In this document: piece by piece, positions 27,977 through 37,977 of the stretch | How the letters are laid out: each line of letters begins with the position of its first letter | Position numbering within the stretch: the stretch's first letter is position 1 | Source of the DNA: an uncultured delta proteobacterium | GTDB taxonomy: Bacteria; Desulfobacterota; Binatia; UBA9968 | DNA length: 64,000 bases | Assembly: GCA_963737905.1 (NCBI GenBank) | Contig: CAVTUQ010000001.1 | Span: 1 to 64,000, forward strand | Reading direction: 5' to 3' | Program-made: the position numbers and the translations under genes | The notes under the pieces: generated by a model | The model's database searches: none | What the model was told of the DNA's origin: nothing | Seen by the model: the letters and a program-made list of their open reading frames with translations, nothing else

Positions 27977-28934
27977 CAATCTCCGAGTCCTGCTTCACAG
28001 GAATGCCTAAAGCCCTCTTTTTTCTGGAGAGCGTTTGCGCGAATTCCTTCCAGAGGTAAATCGCCGCATACGATCTCCATGGTCTGATAATTTCCAAATC
28101 AAGATCAGGATGAAGCTCAAGGGCCCGCTTGAGAATTAGATCCGTCTTGGGAAACGCGTCGTTGTCATCGATGGCTCTCAGGCTTATGTATTCGGCCGAC
28201 CATGGGCCGAGGCCCTTCGTCTCTAGAAGTGCTTTCCGAAACGCCGCGGGGTCCTGGGCCTCCGAAAGGGAAATCGCTCCAGCGAGGACTCGGCGGCTGA
28301 AATCTCGAATCGCTTCTTTGCGAGCGACGGTCGTCCCGACCTCGCTTAGATCGGATTTCGCCAGGACTTCAGGGCCGGGAAACAAGCAGGTGGTTTCTCC
28401 CGATACGGGATGACTGATCTCATCGCCATAGCCGCGCACGATCTGACCGACAAGATTGGTTCGTTGTTCAGCCGAAACGAGTTGCCCCAAGATCGAACAG
28501 ATCGCCGTCTCAAAGAGATCCCATCCCCGCGGCAGCCTCAAACCCGGAAAGCGATCACAGAGTTTTGCGAGAACCGGAACCCGAGCAAAGCAATTCGTAA
28601 TCAAGAGAGGATCGGCATCTAAATCAAACATCCTTCTCACGCGGCGAACGACCTCGACAAAAATCTTGGGGTCAGGAGCCACGATCCTGAGTTTAAGCCG
28701 AGGTTGGTCGACCATTGGTTGAACTTGGAAAAATCCGATTGTTTTCCCGACGCGAAAAACGCGTTCAAAGGAATCTTCCGTGACCCGTTCGACTCCCGGA
28801 ATCGGATGAGACATGTAAAACCGATGGATCGTCTGCCAATCGTAAGGCGGTCTAAAGGCAAGATCGATCTCGGTCCGGTCTGCGCGTCCGATCACTGAAC
28901 GAGCTTTCTTTACTGTGCGTTGCGGTTTCAGCAT
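27933..28934 (-). CDS. alkA: DNA-3-methyladenine glycosylase II with AlkA N-terminal domain
   Basis: RPPYDW..IPGVE, FDLDADP, PGLRLP, ILGQLVS, HhH GLGPWSAEYI and PWRSYA. Confidence 0.88.
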   Translation of the reverse strand: MLKPQRTVKKARSVIGRADRTEIDLAFRPPYDWQTIHRFYMSHPIPGVERVTEDSFERVFRVGKTIGFFQVQPMVDQPRLKLRIVAPDPKIFVEVVRRVRRMFDLDADPLLITNCFARVPVLAKLCDRFPGLRLPRGWDLFETAICSILGQLVSAEQRTNLVGQIVRGYGDEISHPVSGETTCLFPGPEVLAKSDLSEVGTTVARKEAIRDFSRRVLAGAISLSEAQDPAAFRKALLETKGLGPWSAEYISLRAIDDNDAFPKTDLILKRALELHPDLDLEIIRPWRSYAAIYLWKEFAQTLSRKKRALGIPVKQDSEIAPRRHGRRGVKSSG

Positions 28935-29254
28935 CGATTCTCGAATCCCCAGTTCGTGGCGCTGCATTATTTCTAGGATGGCAGGCAGAGCTTGCAGCCT
29001 CGTCGCCATACACCCTACTAAAACTCCGCAGGCGGTCAAATGTGAAAAATCCTGGGAAAGAAAAAGTGGATCAGATCACTTTTTCACTGGTGACTGGTCG
29101 CGATTCCCGCTCTGGGCCTTTAGGATATTTTGAGCTTTCTATACATCGGCAGGCAGTTGCCAGCATGGTGCGGCAAGATCGCGGCTGCGCTGCGAAATCT
29201 CCGACTGGCGGCCCTCGCGATCTAAATTAACCTCTGTTCGTGTGCCGTTACCTT

Positions 29255-29665
29255 TCAGCTCCCGGTCTCGGGCACAGTCATGACTTCCAGCAGGTGGCCG
29301 TTAGGGTCCTCGAAATAGAAACCACGCCCGCCCCGGCGGGTGTAGATCTGGCCGTCGGTGTGGTTGTAAGGCCCGCTGCCGTAGGCGAGTCCCTTGGCCT
29401 TCACCCGGCCAAAGATCGCCTCGAACTCCGCTTCGCTGATATGGAAGGCGTAGTGATGGCTCTTGCCGGCCCTGGGGTCGAAACCCGGCCCGCCCCATGC
29501 TTCGGGCTCATCGGCGAAGTCAAAGGTCAGGCTCTCATTGACTTGCACTTGCGTGAAGTGGCCTTGCCCCGGCTTGACCTTCAATCCGAAGATCTCGGCA
29601 AAGAACTCGGCTGAGGCGACCTTGTCTTTCGCCGGCACGATGGTGTGATCGAGAATAATCGCCAT
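29255..29665 (-). CDS. VOC/glyoxalase family protein
   Basis: LDHTIV, HYAFHI and GRGFYFEDPNGHLLEV. Confidence 0.92.
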   Translation of the reverse strand: MAIILDHTIVPAKDKVASAEFFAEIFGLKVKPGQGHFTQVQVNESLTFDFADEPEAWGGPGFDPRAGKSHHYAFHISEAEFEAIFGRVKAKGLAYGSGPYNHTDGQIYTRRGGRGFYFEDPNGHLLEVMTVPETGS

Positions 29666-29728
29666 AAATTACCTCCTCTGTTTGGTGCCGTTGCTTCTGG
29701 CCGTGACTGTACCACGTCTTTTCAAAAT

Positions 29729-30493
29729 TCACGCGTGCCCGCGCGCGCCGGTCGACTCCCGGTTTTTCAAGCGAAAGCCAGGATCCCAGCCAAGCTCGCG
29801 GCGTGCTTTTGCGATCGAGACATAGCCGGTGTCCTCGGCGATATTGAAAATCCCCGGCTTGGCTCTTTCGATGGCGAGCAGCGCCGCGTGGGCCGCCGCA
29901 TCGACATGCAGGGGAGCCGATCCGATCGCCTCGCCAAATCCGGTTCCCGGACCGTATATTTGACCGTAACGCAGGACGACGCCTTCAAGGGGAGGCGACG
30001 CCGTCGTCAATCGCTCAAGCGTCACAACGCCTTCGACAACGATGGCCCCTGTTCCCTCGGCGCTGAGGTCCAACGGATCGTTTTCAGAATAGGGTTGTGC
30101 CCCGGGCGCGTAGACCCAACAAGCTAGGCTCTGCGCTATGAGACGGTGGACACCCGACTCCAGGGCCGCCGTCACGAGGTTCCGTGTTCCTTCAGCGCGA
30201 ATACGCGTAGTGCGGGTAATGCCCTCTGCCATGCGGCTCGGTTCAAGATTGGCAGGAAGATCCGTAAGTTGGTGTATGACGATTTCCGGACGAATCCGCG
30301 CAATCGCTCGCGACAGCGCCGGCGCATCAAACACGTCGACCACGATGGGCGTGGCGCCCGCGGCCTGAAGCTCGGCGGCTTTCGTCTCTGAACGCGTCGT
30401 GCCGAAAACTTCATATCCGCCGTCGAGCAATAGCGGCATGAGCCTCTTGCCGATCGCTCCCGTTGCGCCAGCGAGAAAAACCTTGCGATACAT
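29729..30493 (-). CDS. NAD-dependent epimerase/dehydratase family protein
   Basis: FLAGATGAIG, IHQLTDL, LRYGQIYGPG and HVDAAA; AGGAGG RBS. Confidence 0.88.
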   Translation of the reverse strand: MYRKVFLAGATGAIGKRLMPLLLDGGYEVFGTTRSETKAAELQAAGATPIVVDVFDAPALSRAIARIRPEIVIHQLTDLPANLEPSRMAEGITRTTRIRAEGTRNLVTAALESGVHRLIAQSLACWVYAPGAQPYSENDPLDLSAEGTGAIVVEGVVTLERLTTASPPLEGVVLRYGQIYGPGTGFGEAIGSAPLHVDAAAHAALLAIERAKPGIFNIAEDTGYVSIAKARRELGWDPGFRLKNRESTGARGHA

Positions 30494-30599
30494 AAAATCT
30501 CCTCCTGATAAAATAGTATAACTTCTCACGTTAACGTTCGAGAATGCCTAGCCGCCGGGTGAAGGCTGGCTGTCATCAAGCCCCGGTTAATCGCAGTTA

Positions 30600-30731
30600 C
30601 CTAACGCGGCCGGAACCGCAACCAAAATCGCAACAAACACTTCACCACGAAAGTCGCGAAGAGCACGAAGTAAGAAAATTGAAATGTGATAATTTCCGAA
30701 TCCTTCGTGTCCTTCGTGCGGTTCGTGGTGA
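30600..30731. repeat. Palindromic intergenic element (CACCACGAA...TTCGTGGTG) with terminal GGTTGCGG..CCGCG hairpin
   Basis: Inverted arms at about 30643-30670 and 30703-30730; terminal motif shared with 50226-50248. Confidence 0.7.
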
Positions 30732-30787
30732 GCACGGTTTCTCTGTTACGTGTAGTCGTCATAGCGTCTCCTTTGCTCAAGGTCGCT

Positions 30788-31612
30788 CTATGCAACCGGC
30801 GCCTTGAGGGAACGCTCCAGTAGACGAGCGTCTCCGAGATGCTCTGCACACGCGGCGAATGCCTTGGTGGGGCCGCGCCACCGGAGCTCGTCCACATCGC
30901 GAAACAGGCGCGCGTCAGTCCTGAGAGTCGCCAGATCCTTGAACAGTAGCGCCAGGTCGCGGCTGTCCCCCAGCACGTCCGCTGGGAAGTTCTCTACAAT
31001 ACCGTGTCGGTTTAGAAGCCGCGCCGCCGAGACCGGTCCGATTCCGGCAATGCCCGGGTATCCATCCGCGGCGTCGCCGACGAGGGCGAGAAAGTCGGGA
31101 ATCAAGCCCGGCTCCACTCCGAACTTTTCGCGAACTCCCTCGGCATCGCGGATCTTCTGACTTCTGCGGTCAACCTGCACTACCCGGTTGCCGCGGACGC
31201 ACTGAGCCAAATCCTTGTCGGGCGTCCAGATGCAGACTTGCTCCACGCCCTCATTTACAGAGGCGATCTCCGCCGCGGAGGCAAGCGCGTCGTCAGCCTC
31301 CAACTCCGTCATGGGCCATACAGCCACACCCATAGCAGCAAGCGCATCCTCGAGCGGGTGGAATTGCGCGAGCAGTGCGGGCTCGATGCCGTCCCCTGTC
31401 TTGTAGCCGGACCAGAGACGGTTCCGAAAGGATTCGATGACGTGATCGGTCGCGACACCGACGTGAGTGGCTCCCGTCTCGATCATCTGGAGCACAGTAT
31501 TGAGCACGCCTATCACGGCGCCGAAGGGTCGGTCCTCGCCCTTGGTGAAGCGGCGAAGACCATAGAAGTGGCGGAACAGCTCGTACGTGCCGTCTATGAG
31601 ATGAACGATCAT
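30788..31612 (-). CDS. Stand-alone 5'-3' exonuclease / flap endonuclease
   Basis: LIDGTYELFR, YKTG, EADDAL, DKDLAQ and H3TH ALVGDAADGYPGIAGIG. Confidence 0.9.
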   Translation of the reverse strand: MIVHLIDGTYELFRHFYGLRRFTKGEDRPFGAVIGVLNTVLQMIETGATHVGVATDHVIESFRNRLWSGYKTGDGIEPALLAQFHPLEDALAAMGVAVWPMTELEADDALASAAEIASVNEGVEQVCIWTPDKDLAQCVRGNRVVQVDRRSQKIRDAEGVREKFGVEPGLIPDFLALVGDAADGYPGIAGIGPVSAARLLNRHGIVENFPADVLGDSRDLALLFKDLATLRTDARLFRDVDELRWRGPTKAFAACAEHLGDARLLERSLKAPVA

Positions 31613-31658
31613 GCTCTCGTCACCAGACGAAGCAGCTTGCGGCATCGGCATCCCTAGT

Positions 31659-31928
31659 TCACCTGCCGAATCTCTCAGCAGCGCGGGCTCTAGCTTTGGC
31701 AAGCTCTTCTTGCCGATTCTTCGGCGCCGCCGTTGATTGGAGCGAGGACAGAAGCCGACCCGAGATCCTGGCGACCTCATCAACGGCCGCAAAGAATGCG
31801 GCCTCGTTCGCCTTCGACGGCAGGTTGAAGCCGCTGATTTTTCTCACGAACTGCAGCGAGGCCGCCTGGATCTCTACCTCGGTAACCGGCGGCTCGAAGT
31901 TGAATAGCGTTCTGATGTTTCTACACAT
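31659..31928 (-). CDS. DUF2277 family protein
   Basis: MCRNIRTLFNFEPP...AASLQFVRKISG signature. Confidence 0.88.
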   Translation of the reverse strand: MCRNIRTLFNFEPPVTEVEIQAASLQFVRKISGFNLPSKANEAAFFAAVDEVARISGRLLSSLQSTAAPKNRQEELAKARARAAERFGR

Positions 31929-31950
31929 GCCGCTTCACCTCTCAGACCCG

Positions 31951-32299
31951 CTACAACGCCCGTCCGTCGAAGTGCTGGACCGGAACGCTTTCCAGGTCAA
32001 TTCCTTCCAGACAGCGAATGTTGATGGCGGCGATTCGATTACCCTTTGGATCGGTGCCTTCTCCGTACGGGTGAATGCCGCATGTCTGGCAAAAGCGGTG
32101 CTTGATGACGTGCTTGTTGAATGTGTACGTCCCGATATCCGCTTCGGGTGTGAGCACGCTGCAACTGGTCTCGCGGGGCGAACCACAGAAGAGACCCCTT
32201 GCGGGAACACATCGAACAATTGCAGGCCATCGCGCCATTGAGCTCACCTTCGACCTCGAACGCGACCTTGCCGCAGTGGCAGCTACCTTTGTACTTCAC
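31951..32299 (-). CDS. GFA (Mss4-like Zn-binding) family protein, one frameshift
   Basis: YKGSCHCG and CNCSMC in one frame; FCQTCGIHP..INIRCL..FDGR in another. Confidence 0.85.
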
Positions 32300-32415
32300 C
32301 TTCGCTCTCCTTGAGTTTTTTAATCGCCGGCACGCTGAACCTAAACCGCCCTCCTGTGATGTGACGCGCAATGTTCAAGGTGAGGCGCGATTTTAAAACT
32401 TATTTCGTAATATTT

Positions 32416-32907
32416 TTATTGCCTCTCGTATGCTTGCTCTAAGCTCTTGATGTCAAGCTTTTTCATTTGAAGCAATGCCTTCATAACCCTTTCCGATTTT
32501 TCAGCATTCTTGTCTTGCAACATCTCACTTAAAACAATGGGTACAATCTGCCAGGACACGCCGTATCGGTCTTTCAGCCAGCCGCATTGTTGGGCCTTCT
32601 CATCCCCGCCTTGGGAAAGTTTCTCCCAATAGTAGTCCACTTCGTTTTGATTCTCGCAATGGACTTGGAATGATATAGCCTCATTGAATTTAAACGCCGG
32701 ACCGCCGTTGAGCGCTGTAAACGTCTGCCCGTTGAGTTCAAATTCCACGGTTAGCACGGTTCCCTCCGGTTTTCCGTGGATTTCATAGCCCTCTTTTCCG
32801 TACCGCGATATCTTCCCGATCTTCGAATTCTTAAAAATGGAGGTATAAAATTTCGCCGCCTCTTCCGCGTTACTATCGAACCACAAGCATGGGGTGATTT
32901 TTTGCAT
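32416..32907 (-). CDS. VOC family protein (PhnB / 3-demethylubiquinone-9 3-methyltransferase-like)
   Basis: QKITPCLWFD, ALNGGP, FNEAISF and CGWLKDRYGVSWQI. Confidence 0.92.
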   Translation of the reverse strand: MQKITPCLWFDSNAEEAAKFYTSIFKNSKIGKISRYGKEGYEIHGKPEGTVLTVEFELNGQTFTALNGGPAFKFNEAISFQVHCENQNEVDYYWEKLSQGGDEKAQQCGWLKDRYGVSWQIVPIVLSEMLQDKNAEKSERVMKALLQMKKLDIKSLEQAYERQ

Positions 32908-33017
32908 ATAGATTTACTCCTTTGTATTAAGTCGGATCGACTTCTTTGGCGCAAAAAGCATACGTCCGGCCAGCGGATGACTCGCAGAATCCATGCTTCG
33001 TCGGCGCCGATCCAGTC

Positions 33018-33377
33018 TCACCCCGGCCTCAGCCGCCAACGGCCGTAAGCCACGAATGCCGCGAGGATTCCAACCGCCAGCGGGGCCAGCGCCATCGTGA
33101 TATCGCCGGTCATCAGCGTCAGTAGCGTCGCGCCGATCATGATGATTACCAGCCCGGCGGCGGCCAAGGGTGTCAGGCCCGGACGAATGTGCAGGAGCCA
33201 GGGCAGGATCAAACCCAGCGCGCCAAGGACTTCGCACACGCCGATGAAGCGCAGGAACCAGCCCGGCATCGGCACCTGCTTCGTCATCTCCTCGATGGAC
33301 ATGACGAACTTCATGCCACCAGCAAACAAAAAGACGGCCGCGAGCAGCGCTTGAACAATCCAAAGTGCAATATTCAT
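33018..33377 (-). CDS. DoxX family membrane protein
   Basis: LWIVQALLA..F..GGMK, IGVCEVLGALGLILP and AAAGL..IMIGA. Confidence 0.88.
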   Translation of the reverse strand: MNIALWIVQALLAAVFLFAGGMKFVMSIEEMTKQVPMPGWFLRFIGVCEVLGALGLILPWLLHIRPGLTPLAAAGLVIIMIGATLLTLMTGDITMALAPLAVGILAAFVAYGRWRLRPG

Positions 33378-33426
33378 GATGAGTCCCCTTTGAAGAAAAG
33401 TTGACCGCAGTGACACAGATAGCGCG

Positions 33427-33966
33427 CTATGGTTTCGGCGGCTCTTCCACAATGGACTTCATGCTCGCCAGACCCGTCTCGAACTGGCCGCCGATCATTT
33501 TATCCATATTCATAAAAAGGTGGATCGCTTTGGCCATGAAATTGTTTTCGCCGAACATGGCCCATGTGACCACGGTTTGATTTCCCTCGGGCTTGAAGCT
33601 GAACTCCGCGGTGTTGGTGGCTGCGAAGGGCTTGAAGAACTCGAGTTTAACTCTAATTAAGTCGCTCGGACGGCTCTCCGTGATTGTCATGCGGCCTTCG
33701 CCGGCATCTTTGTTACCAGCCCAGGTGTAAATGGCGCCGTTGCCGGCGGGCGCGCCCTCGTAGCTTTGCTTCATCGCCGGATCGATCTTCCCCCACGGGT
33801 TCCACGCCTCCCACTTGTGGAAATCATTCACCTGCGCAAATACCGCAGCCGGTGGAGCAGACATGGTGGCGCTCCGCGCCACGCGAAACTCGGATGGCTG
33901 CAGAGCCACAATGACGACAAATACGATAACGATCACTGCGAGAGAGATCAGGATAATTTTAAGCAT
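33427..33966 (-). CDS. SRPBCC family protein with N-terminal anchor
   Basis: FRVARS, VNDFHKWEAWNPW, YTWAGN..GEG and LEFFKPF. Confidence 0.88.
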   Translation of the reverse strand: MLKIILISLAVIVIVFVVIVALQPSEFRVARSATMSAPPAAVFAQVNDFHKWEAWNPWGKIDPAMKQSYEGAPAGNGAIYTWAGNKDAGEGRMTITESRPSDLIRVKLEFFKPFAATNTAEFSFKPEGNQTVVTWAMFGENNFMAKAIHLFMNMDKMIGGQFETGLASMKSIVEEPPKP

Positions 33967-33984
33967 CGTGAAATCGCTATACGC

Positions 33985-34344
33985 TCAGCCCTCGACTAGA
34001 ACCTTGAATCCGCCCCAGAACATGCGTTTGCCGTCGAAGGGCAAGGCCTTGGGGTCCATCATGTTGGCCAGGCGCGGGTCCTTCATGACCTTGGCGTTGA
34101 TCCGGTCGCGATCCGCGCGCGACTTGTACACGATGTAGGCGAACACCACCGTCTCTCCGGGCTTGAGCTTGACGCTCTGCGGAAAAGACGTATGTTTGCC
34201 CGGCTTCACGTCGTCGGCGACGCACTCCATATACTCGAGCGCGCCGTGGTCCCGCCAGACCTTGCCCGCCTTTTGCGCCATCCGCCGGTAGGCTGCCACG
34301 TTTTTCTTCGGGACGGGTACTACATATCCATCTACGTATCGCAT
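33985..34344 (-). CDS. DUF1428 (YbaA-like) protein
   Basis: YVDGYVVPVP, GALEYMEC, TSFP and PFDGKRMFWGGF. Confidence 0.9.
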   Translation of the reverse strand: MRYVDGYVVPVPKKNVAAYRRMAQKAGKVWRDHGALEYMECVADDVKPGKHTSFPQSVKLKPGETVVFAYIVYKSRADRDRINAKVMKDPRLANMMDPKALPFDGKRMFWGGFKVLVEG

Positions 34345-34404
34345 AAATCCTCTATTGATTATGGGTTCAGTTAGTTTTCAAGAACGTATCGAAACAAGAT
34401 CCTT

Positions 34405-34704
34405 TTAGCCGCCGGCGATGGCGCCCACGATCATAAACGGCTCCGCGCCCGTCGCGACCCGCTCGGGCAGCGGCGCATCCGGCGGCTCGTGAGAGAGATC
34501 TTCCCCGCAGGCGAAGAAACGCACGAACGCTCGCCGCCTCTGCGTGACGTGGTCGCGAATCGTCCCTTGCAACATCGGATAGCGAGCCTCGATCGCGTCG
34601 ATAACCGCGCGCTGCGTGACTTGTCCCTCGACGTCGAGCTTCACTTCGCCTTCGACTTGCGCGAGCTTGCGCAGATGTGCCGGGAGCGTGACTCGGATCA
34701 TCAT
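34405..34704 (-). CDS. MoaD/ThiS family ubiquitin-like protein
   Basis: Beta-grasp pattern [13 protein letters not shown] with C-terminal AIAGG; ATGA overlap with the upstream gene. Confidence 0.88.
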   Translation of the reverse strand: MMIRVTLPAHLRKLAQVEGEVKLDVEGQVTQRAVIDAIEARYPMLQGTIRDHVTQRRRAFVRFFACGEDLSHEPPDAPLPERVATGAEPFMIVGAIAGG

Positions 34705-35888
34705 GGCAGCGTCTGGACCTCGACGGACACCACGGCCGGAAGATCTCGGACGACAGGCGCCCAACTGTCCCCGCCATTGGCCGATGCGTACACCTGCCCG
34801 CCGGTGGTGCCGAAGTACACGCCGCACTTGTCGAGCGAATCGACCGCCATCGCGTCGCGCAGCACGTTGACATAACAGTCGCTTTGCGGCAGCCCCTTGG
34901 TGAGCGCTTCCCACTCGTTGCCGCCGGTGCGGCTGCGGTACACGCGCAGCTTTCCGTCCGGCGGAAAATGCTCCGAGTCGCTTTTGATCGGCACCACGTA
35001 GACGGTATTCGGCTCATGCGCGTGGACGTCGATCGCGAAGCCGAAGTCGGTGGGCAGGTTGCCGCTGATCTCGTGCCAAGACTCGCCGGCGTCGTCGCTC
35101 CGCATGACGTCCCAGTGCTTCTGCATGAACAGCACGCCCGGACGCGACCGGTTCATCGCGATGCGGTGAACGCAGTGACCGACCTCCGCAGTCGGGTTGG
35201 GGATATAGAGTGAGTGCAGACCGCGGTTGATCGGCTGCCATGTTTTGCCCGCATCGTCGGTGCGGAATGCGCCCGCTGACGAGATCGCGATGAAGATGCG
35301 GTTCGGATTATTCGGATCCAGAAGGATCGTGTGCAGGCACATCCCACCGGCGCCCGGCTGCCAGTAGGGTCCTGAGCCGTGGCCGCGCAGACCGGGTAGC
35401 TCCCGCCACGTCTGCCCGCCGTCGGTCGATCGGAACAAGGCCGCATCTTCGACCCCGGCGTAGACTGTATCGGCATCGGTCAGCGACGGCTCGACATGCC
35501 AGACGCGTTTGAACTCCCAGGGGTGCGGCGTGCCGTCGTACCATTGGTGCGTGGTGAGAGGCTTGCCGGTTTCAGGAGACGTGTCGTAAACAAACTTGTT
35601 GCTCTCGCCCTTGGGCATGCCCTCCGGGGTGGTGGTCGGTTCGCCGGGAGGCGTTCCGGGCTGGTGCCATGTCTTGCCGCCGTCGTCTGAGCGTTGAATG
35701 ATCTGCCCAAACCAGCCGCTCGATTGCGACGCATACAGCCGATTCGGATCAACGGGAGATCCCTTGAGATGATAAATTTCCCAGCCCGCGAAGTGGGGAC
35801 CGCTGATGTCCCATTTCTCGCGCTTTGCGTCCGATGACAGAACGAACGCGCCCTTGCGTGTGCCAACCAGTACTCGTACTCCGCTCAT
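34701..35888 (-). CDS. BNR/Asp-box beta-propeller protein (exo-alpha-sialidase-like), no signal peptide
   Basis: Repeated Asp-boxes [32 protein letters not shown] and SANGGDSW. Confidence 0.9.
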   Translation of the reverse strand: MSGVRVLVGTRKGAFVLSSDAKREKWDISGPHFAGWEIYHLKGSPVDPNRLYASQSSGWFGQIIQRSDDGGKTWHQPGTPPGEPTTTPEGMPKGESNKFVYDTSPETGKPLTTHQWYDGTPHPWEFKRVWHVEPSLTDADTVYAGVEDAALFRSTDGGQTWRELPGLRGHGSGPYWQPGAGGMCLHTILLDPNNPNRIFIAISSAGAFRTDDAGKTWQPINRGLHSLYIPNPTAEVGHCVHRIAMNRSRPGVLFMQKHWDVMRSDDAGESWHEISGNLPTDFGFAIDVHAHEPNTVYVVPIKSDSEHFPPDGKLRVYRSRTGGNEWEALTKGLPQSDCYVNVLRDAMAVDSLDKCGVYFGTTGGQVYASANGGDSWAPVVRDLPAVVSVEVQTLP

Positions 35889-35943
35889 AACTTACTCCCT
35901 CCTAGCATTGTTGTTCTCGTACAAACCCCCTAAAAACCCGCAT

Positions 35944-36309
35944 CTAATCACCGGGCAGGCCCGCGATCTCCTTGACGGGCCTCACCTCGACGGTTCCGAT
36001 CCGCGCCCCTGGAACTCGAGCAGCGACACCGATCGCCTCGTCGAGATCCTTGGCATGGATCAGGAAGTAGCCGGCGATCTGCTCGCGCGTTTCTATAAAC
36101 GGACCGTCGGTCACGAAACTTTTGCCGTCGCGGACCCGAACGATGGCCGCTGTCGACGCCTGATGCAGCGGCGAAGCGCTCAGATATTTCCCGTTGGCGT
36201 GGAGCTGGTGCGTGAGCTGCACGGACTCTTCAAGCATCTGCTGCCGCTGGGTCTCGCTGAACTTGGCGAAGGCCTCTTCGTCGTGGTGAACCAGCAACAT
36301 GTATTTCAT
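35944..36309 (-). CDS. YciI/DGPF family protein
   Basis: MKYMLL, VTDGPFIETREQIAGYF and VEVRPV. Confidence 0.92.
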   Translation of the reverse strand: MKYMLLVHHDEEAFAKFSETQRQQMLEESVQLTHQLHANGKYLSASPLHQASTAAIVRVRDGKSFVTDGPFIETREQIAGYFLIHAKDLDEAIGVAARVPGARIGTVEVRPVKEIAGLPGD

Positions 36310-36332
36310 GAGGATACCTCCATCGACATCGG

Positions 36333-36366
36333 ATAGTCGTTCGAAAGAGCCCATAATCGACAACGG
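36333..36366 (-). promoter_or_regulatory. ECF42-type promoter
   Basis: CCGTTGTCGATT-N11-CGAACGACTAT, with boxes and spacing identical to 38979-39012. Confidence 0.8.
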
Positions 36367-36403
36367 CCCTGCCCGGCGCAGTTACTCCAGCAGCCCGCCA
36401 TTA

Positions 36404-36760
36404 CTAGGCGGTCGGCAGGCCCGGGATATCGATCACCGGTCGGACCTCGACCGTCCCTTTGCGCGCCATGGGAATCCGCGCGGCGATACCGATCGCCTCG
36501 TCGAGATTGTTGGCCTCGATGAGGAAGTAGCCGCCCAGCTGCTCCCGCGTCTCCGCGAATGGACCATCGGTCACGAGGCGTTTGCCGTTGCGCACCCGGA
36601 CGCTGGTCGCCATTGATGTTGGGTGCAGCGGGTTGGCGGCCAGATACTGCCCGCTCGAATGAATTTGTTGCGCGAGCTCGGTTGATTCGACGTAACACTC
36701 CTGCCGCTCGGTCTCGCTCAACGACTGCTCGTCCAAGTAAATCAATAACATGTATTTCAT
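36404..36760 (-). CDS. YciI/DGPF family protein
   Basis: [25 protein letters not shown] and VEVRPV. Confidence 0.92.
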   Translation of the reverse strand: MKYMLLIYLDEQSLSETERQECYVESTELAQQIHSSGQYLAANPLHPTSMATSVRVRNGKRLVTDGPFAETREQLGGYFLIEANNLDEAIGIAARIPMARKGTVEVRPVIDIPGLPTA

Positions 36761-36837
36761 GCTTACTCCGCGATTTCGTAATCCTCCGCCGGCTCACGAC
36801 CGGCAATGCGGAAACCATATCGAGGGATGGTCCGATG

Positions 36838-37317
36838 TCACCCCTTCTCGGCGGCCGCCGCCATGGCGGCGGCGCGCTTTTTCAACTCCTTCACTGGGAT
36901 GTCCTTGATGTGGGTCGCGATATGCCAGACATGGCCGAAGGGGTCTTCCAGAGAGCCGCTGCGGTCGCCGTAGAACTGGTCTGCCACCGGTCGCAATGAT
37001 TTTGCACCGGCCGCGACCGCCTTTTTCACAACCTTGTCCACATCCGTCACGTAGAGATGAATGTTCACCGGAGTGCCCCCAACCGAGCCGGGACTGCGAA
37101 AGTTCATTTCCGGAAATTCGTCGGCCAGCATGATACGGGAGTCGCCGACTTGGATTTCGGCGTGGCCGATGGTTCTCCCTGGCCCCGGCATGCGCATGAC
37201 TTCCTTGGCTCCGAAGGCCTTCTTGTAGAATGCGATGGCGCCGGCCGCTCCCTTCACGCTCAGGTAAGGCGTTACGGCGTGGTATCCCTTAGGAATCGGT
37301 TTTATTTTCGTTCTCAA
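36838..37317 (-). CDS. VOC family protein (PhnB-like)
   Basis: IPKGYHAVTPYL, IGHAEI, MLADEFP and FYGDRSG..EDPFGHVW. Confidence 0.92.
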   Translation of the reverse strand: MRTKIKPIPKGYHAVTPYLSVKGAAGAIAFYKKAFGAKEVMRMPGPGRTIGHAEIQVGDSRIMLADEFPEMNFRSPGSVGGTPVNIHLYVTDVDKVVKKAVAAGAKSLRPVADQFYGDRSGSLEDPFGHVWHIATHIKDIPVKELKKRAAAMAAAAEKG

Positions 37318-37336
37318 AATCGGCCTCCCTTCGTGG

Positions 37337-37501
37337 AAAATACGAGGCGCGGAGGGCCTCGATCAGTTTTAGTACAACTCCGCGATTGTGTCATTCCAGC
37401 ATGAGTGCTGGGATCCAGGTGGACATGGATGTCTCCGGACGCATCCTGCGAACCTAGATGCCGGCAATCCGTGCCGGCATGACGAAGATCTCCATTTCAT
37501 G
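37337..37501 (-). repeat. About 170-bp dispersed palindromic element, copy 2 (inverted)
   Basis: Reverse complement of 22628-22799. Confidence 0.85.
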
Positions 37502-37519
37502 TTCTAGGCAAGCGAAAAG

Positions 37520-37933
37520 TTAAGGCGCCACGCTGACCATCCACCCGACACCGAAGCGGTCGGCGACCATGCCGAAGCGCGGCGACCAGAACGTCTTGGT
37601 GAGAGGCATCTGCACCTGGCCGCCGTCGGCCAGCGCGGCAAATTTCCGGTCGGCGTCGGCCTCACTTGCCACCGTCAGCGATAGAGAAAAGCCCTGAAAA
37701 CTCATCTGCCCCGTGCACCGACCGTCGGAGGCCATCACCGTCGTCTCGCCGATGCGAAAGCTCGTGTGCATGATCTTGTTCTCGGAACCCGGCGGAACCA
37801 TTTCAGATGCTTGGGGTTCAGGACTGTCCTTGAAGCGCATGAGCATCGTCACCTCGGCGCCGAGAACTTTCTTATAGAATTCGATTGCTTCCTCGCAGCG
37901 GCCGTCGAAAAACAAATAGACTTCGACTTGCAT
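37520..37933 (-). CDS. VOC family protein (PhnB/YjdN-like)
   Basis: YLFFDGRCEEAIEFY, KIMH, MASDG and TFWSPRFGMVADRFGVGWM. Confidence 0.92.
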   Translation of the reverse strand: MQVEVYLFFDGRCEEAIEFYKKVLGAEVTMLMRFKDSPEPQASEMVPPGSENKIMHTSFRIGETTVMASDGRCTGQMSFQGFSLSLTVASEADADRKFAALADGGQVQMPLTKTFWSPRFGMVADRFGVGWMVSVAP

Positions 37934-37977
37934 GGCATTTCCTCCTGTGGGTTTGGGTTGATATTGCGATTGCGGTT

